A stretch of 64,000 nucleotides of DNA from an uncultured Prevotellaceae bacterium (GTDB taxonomy: Bacteria > Bacteroidota > Bacteroidia > Bacteroidales > Bacteroidaceae): the NCBI GenBank assembly GCA_946185285.1, contig CAMHIS010000001.1, positions 43,968-107,967 of the forward strand. Direction: 5' to 3'. The notes beneath the pieces were generated by a model. The model worked only from the letters and a program-made list of their open reading frames with translations, did not search any database and was not told the origin of the DNA. Below are positions 63,595-64,000 of this stretch, piece after piece. A program made the position numbers and the translations under genes. The number at the start of each line of letters is the position of its first letter. Within the stretch, counting starts at the first letter, position 1.

Positions 63595-64000
63595 ATGAAA
63601 GTAGCAATTGTTGGCGCTTCGGGCGCCGTTGGCCAGGAGTTCCTGCGCCTGCTTGACGAGAGAAATTTCCCGATGGATGAACTGGTGCTGTTCGGCTCCG
63701 AACGCTCTGCCGGTAGGAAGTACACCTTCCGTGGCAAGGAGCTGACGGTGAAACTGCTGCAGCACAACGATGACTTCAAGGACATCGACATCGCCTTCAC
63801 CTCGGCCGGTGCCGGCACGTCCAAAGAGTTTGCCGAGACAATTACGAAATACGGCTGCGTGATGATTGACAACTCGTCGGCCTTCCGCATGGACGACGAC
63901 GTGCCCTTGGTGGTGCCCGAGTGCAACGCCGAGGACGCCCTGAACCGTCCGCGCGGCATCATCGCCAACCCCAACTGCACGACCATCATGATGGTTGTCG
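63595..64000 (+). CDS. asd: aspartate-semialdehyde dehydrogenase (3'-truncated by the window edge)
   Basis: Translated by hand: [20 protein letters not shown]...[21 protein letters not shown]...[10 protein letters not shown]. Confidence 0.96.
   Translation, partial: MKVAIVGASGAVGQEFLRLLDERNFPMDELVLFGSERSAGRKYTFRGKELTVKLLQHNDDFKDIDIAFTSAGAGTSKEFAETITKYGCVMIDNSSAFRMDDDVPLVVPECNAEDALNRPRGIIANPNCTTIMMVV

Overview
This is a 64-kb chromosomal window from a Bacteroidota organism, most likely Prevotella-like (TAnnTTTG -7 promoter boxes, short T9SS C-terminal signals, Bacteroidales gene order). Most genes are housekeeping: dgt, glsB/glsA-like acyltransferases, the mraZ-to-ftsZ dcw cluster, clpP-clpX-recQ, guaB-PPIase-surA-ostA-mutL, tRNA-Val, purB-rluB-asnS, a LolD-like ATPase, a cation:proton antiporter and asd. 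Accessory content is a SusC/D-less glycan cluster (GH53, GH5, a kinase-less HTCS-like regulator, an unknown secreted protein, GH29), a 2007-aa coiled-coil surface lipoprotein locus and a C10 protease. The most unusual signal lies below gene level, in several families of short dispersed repeats that sit right after stop codons and also in frame inside conserved genes. Family A is an 8-bp hairpin with covarying stems, found 14 times in three reading phases, including a 5x42-bp tandem array in surA. Family B is a 28-bp hairpin found 3 times with fully compensatory outer stems. Family C is a 9-bp-period GCCCAT repeat. Near the right end, a lone DUF559 endonuclease gene with its own promoter is bracketed by 2+2 inverted copies of a 33-bp palindromic repeat, a REPtron-like layout without an HUH transposase. 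A 270-bp mirror-symmetric element built from ten (T/C)CCGTCA motifs lies between recQ and guaB. All calls come from reading the sequence by eye; no database searches were run.
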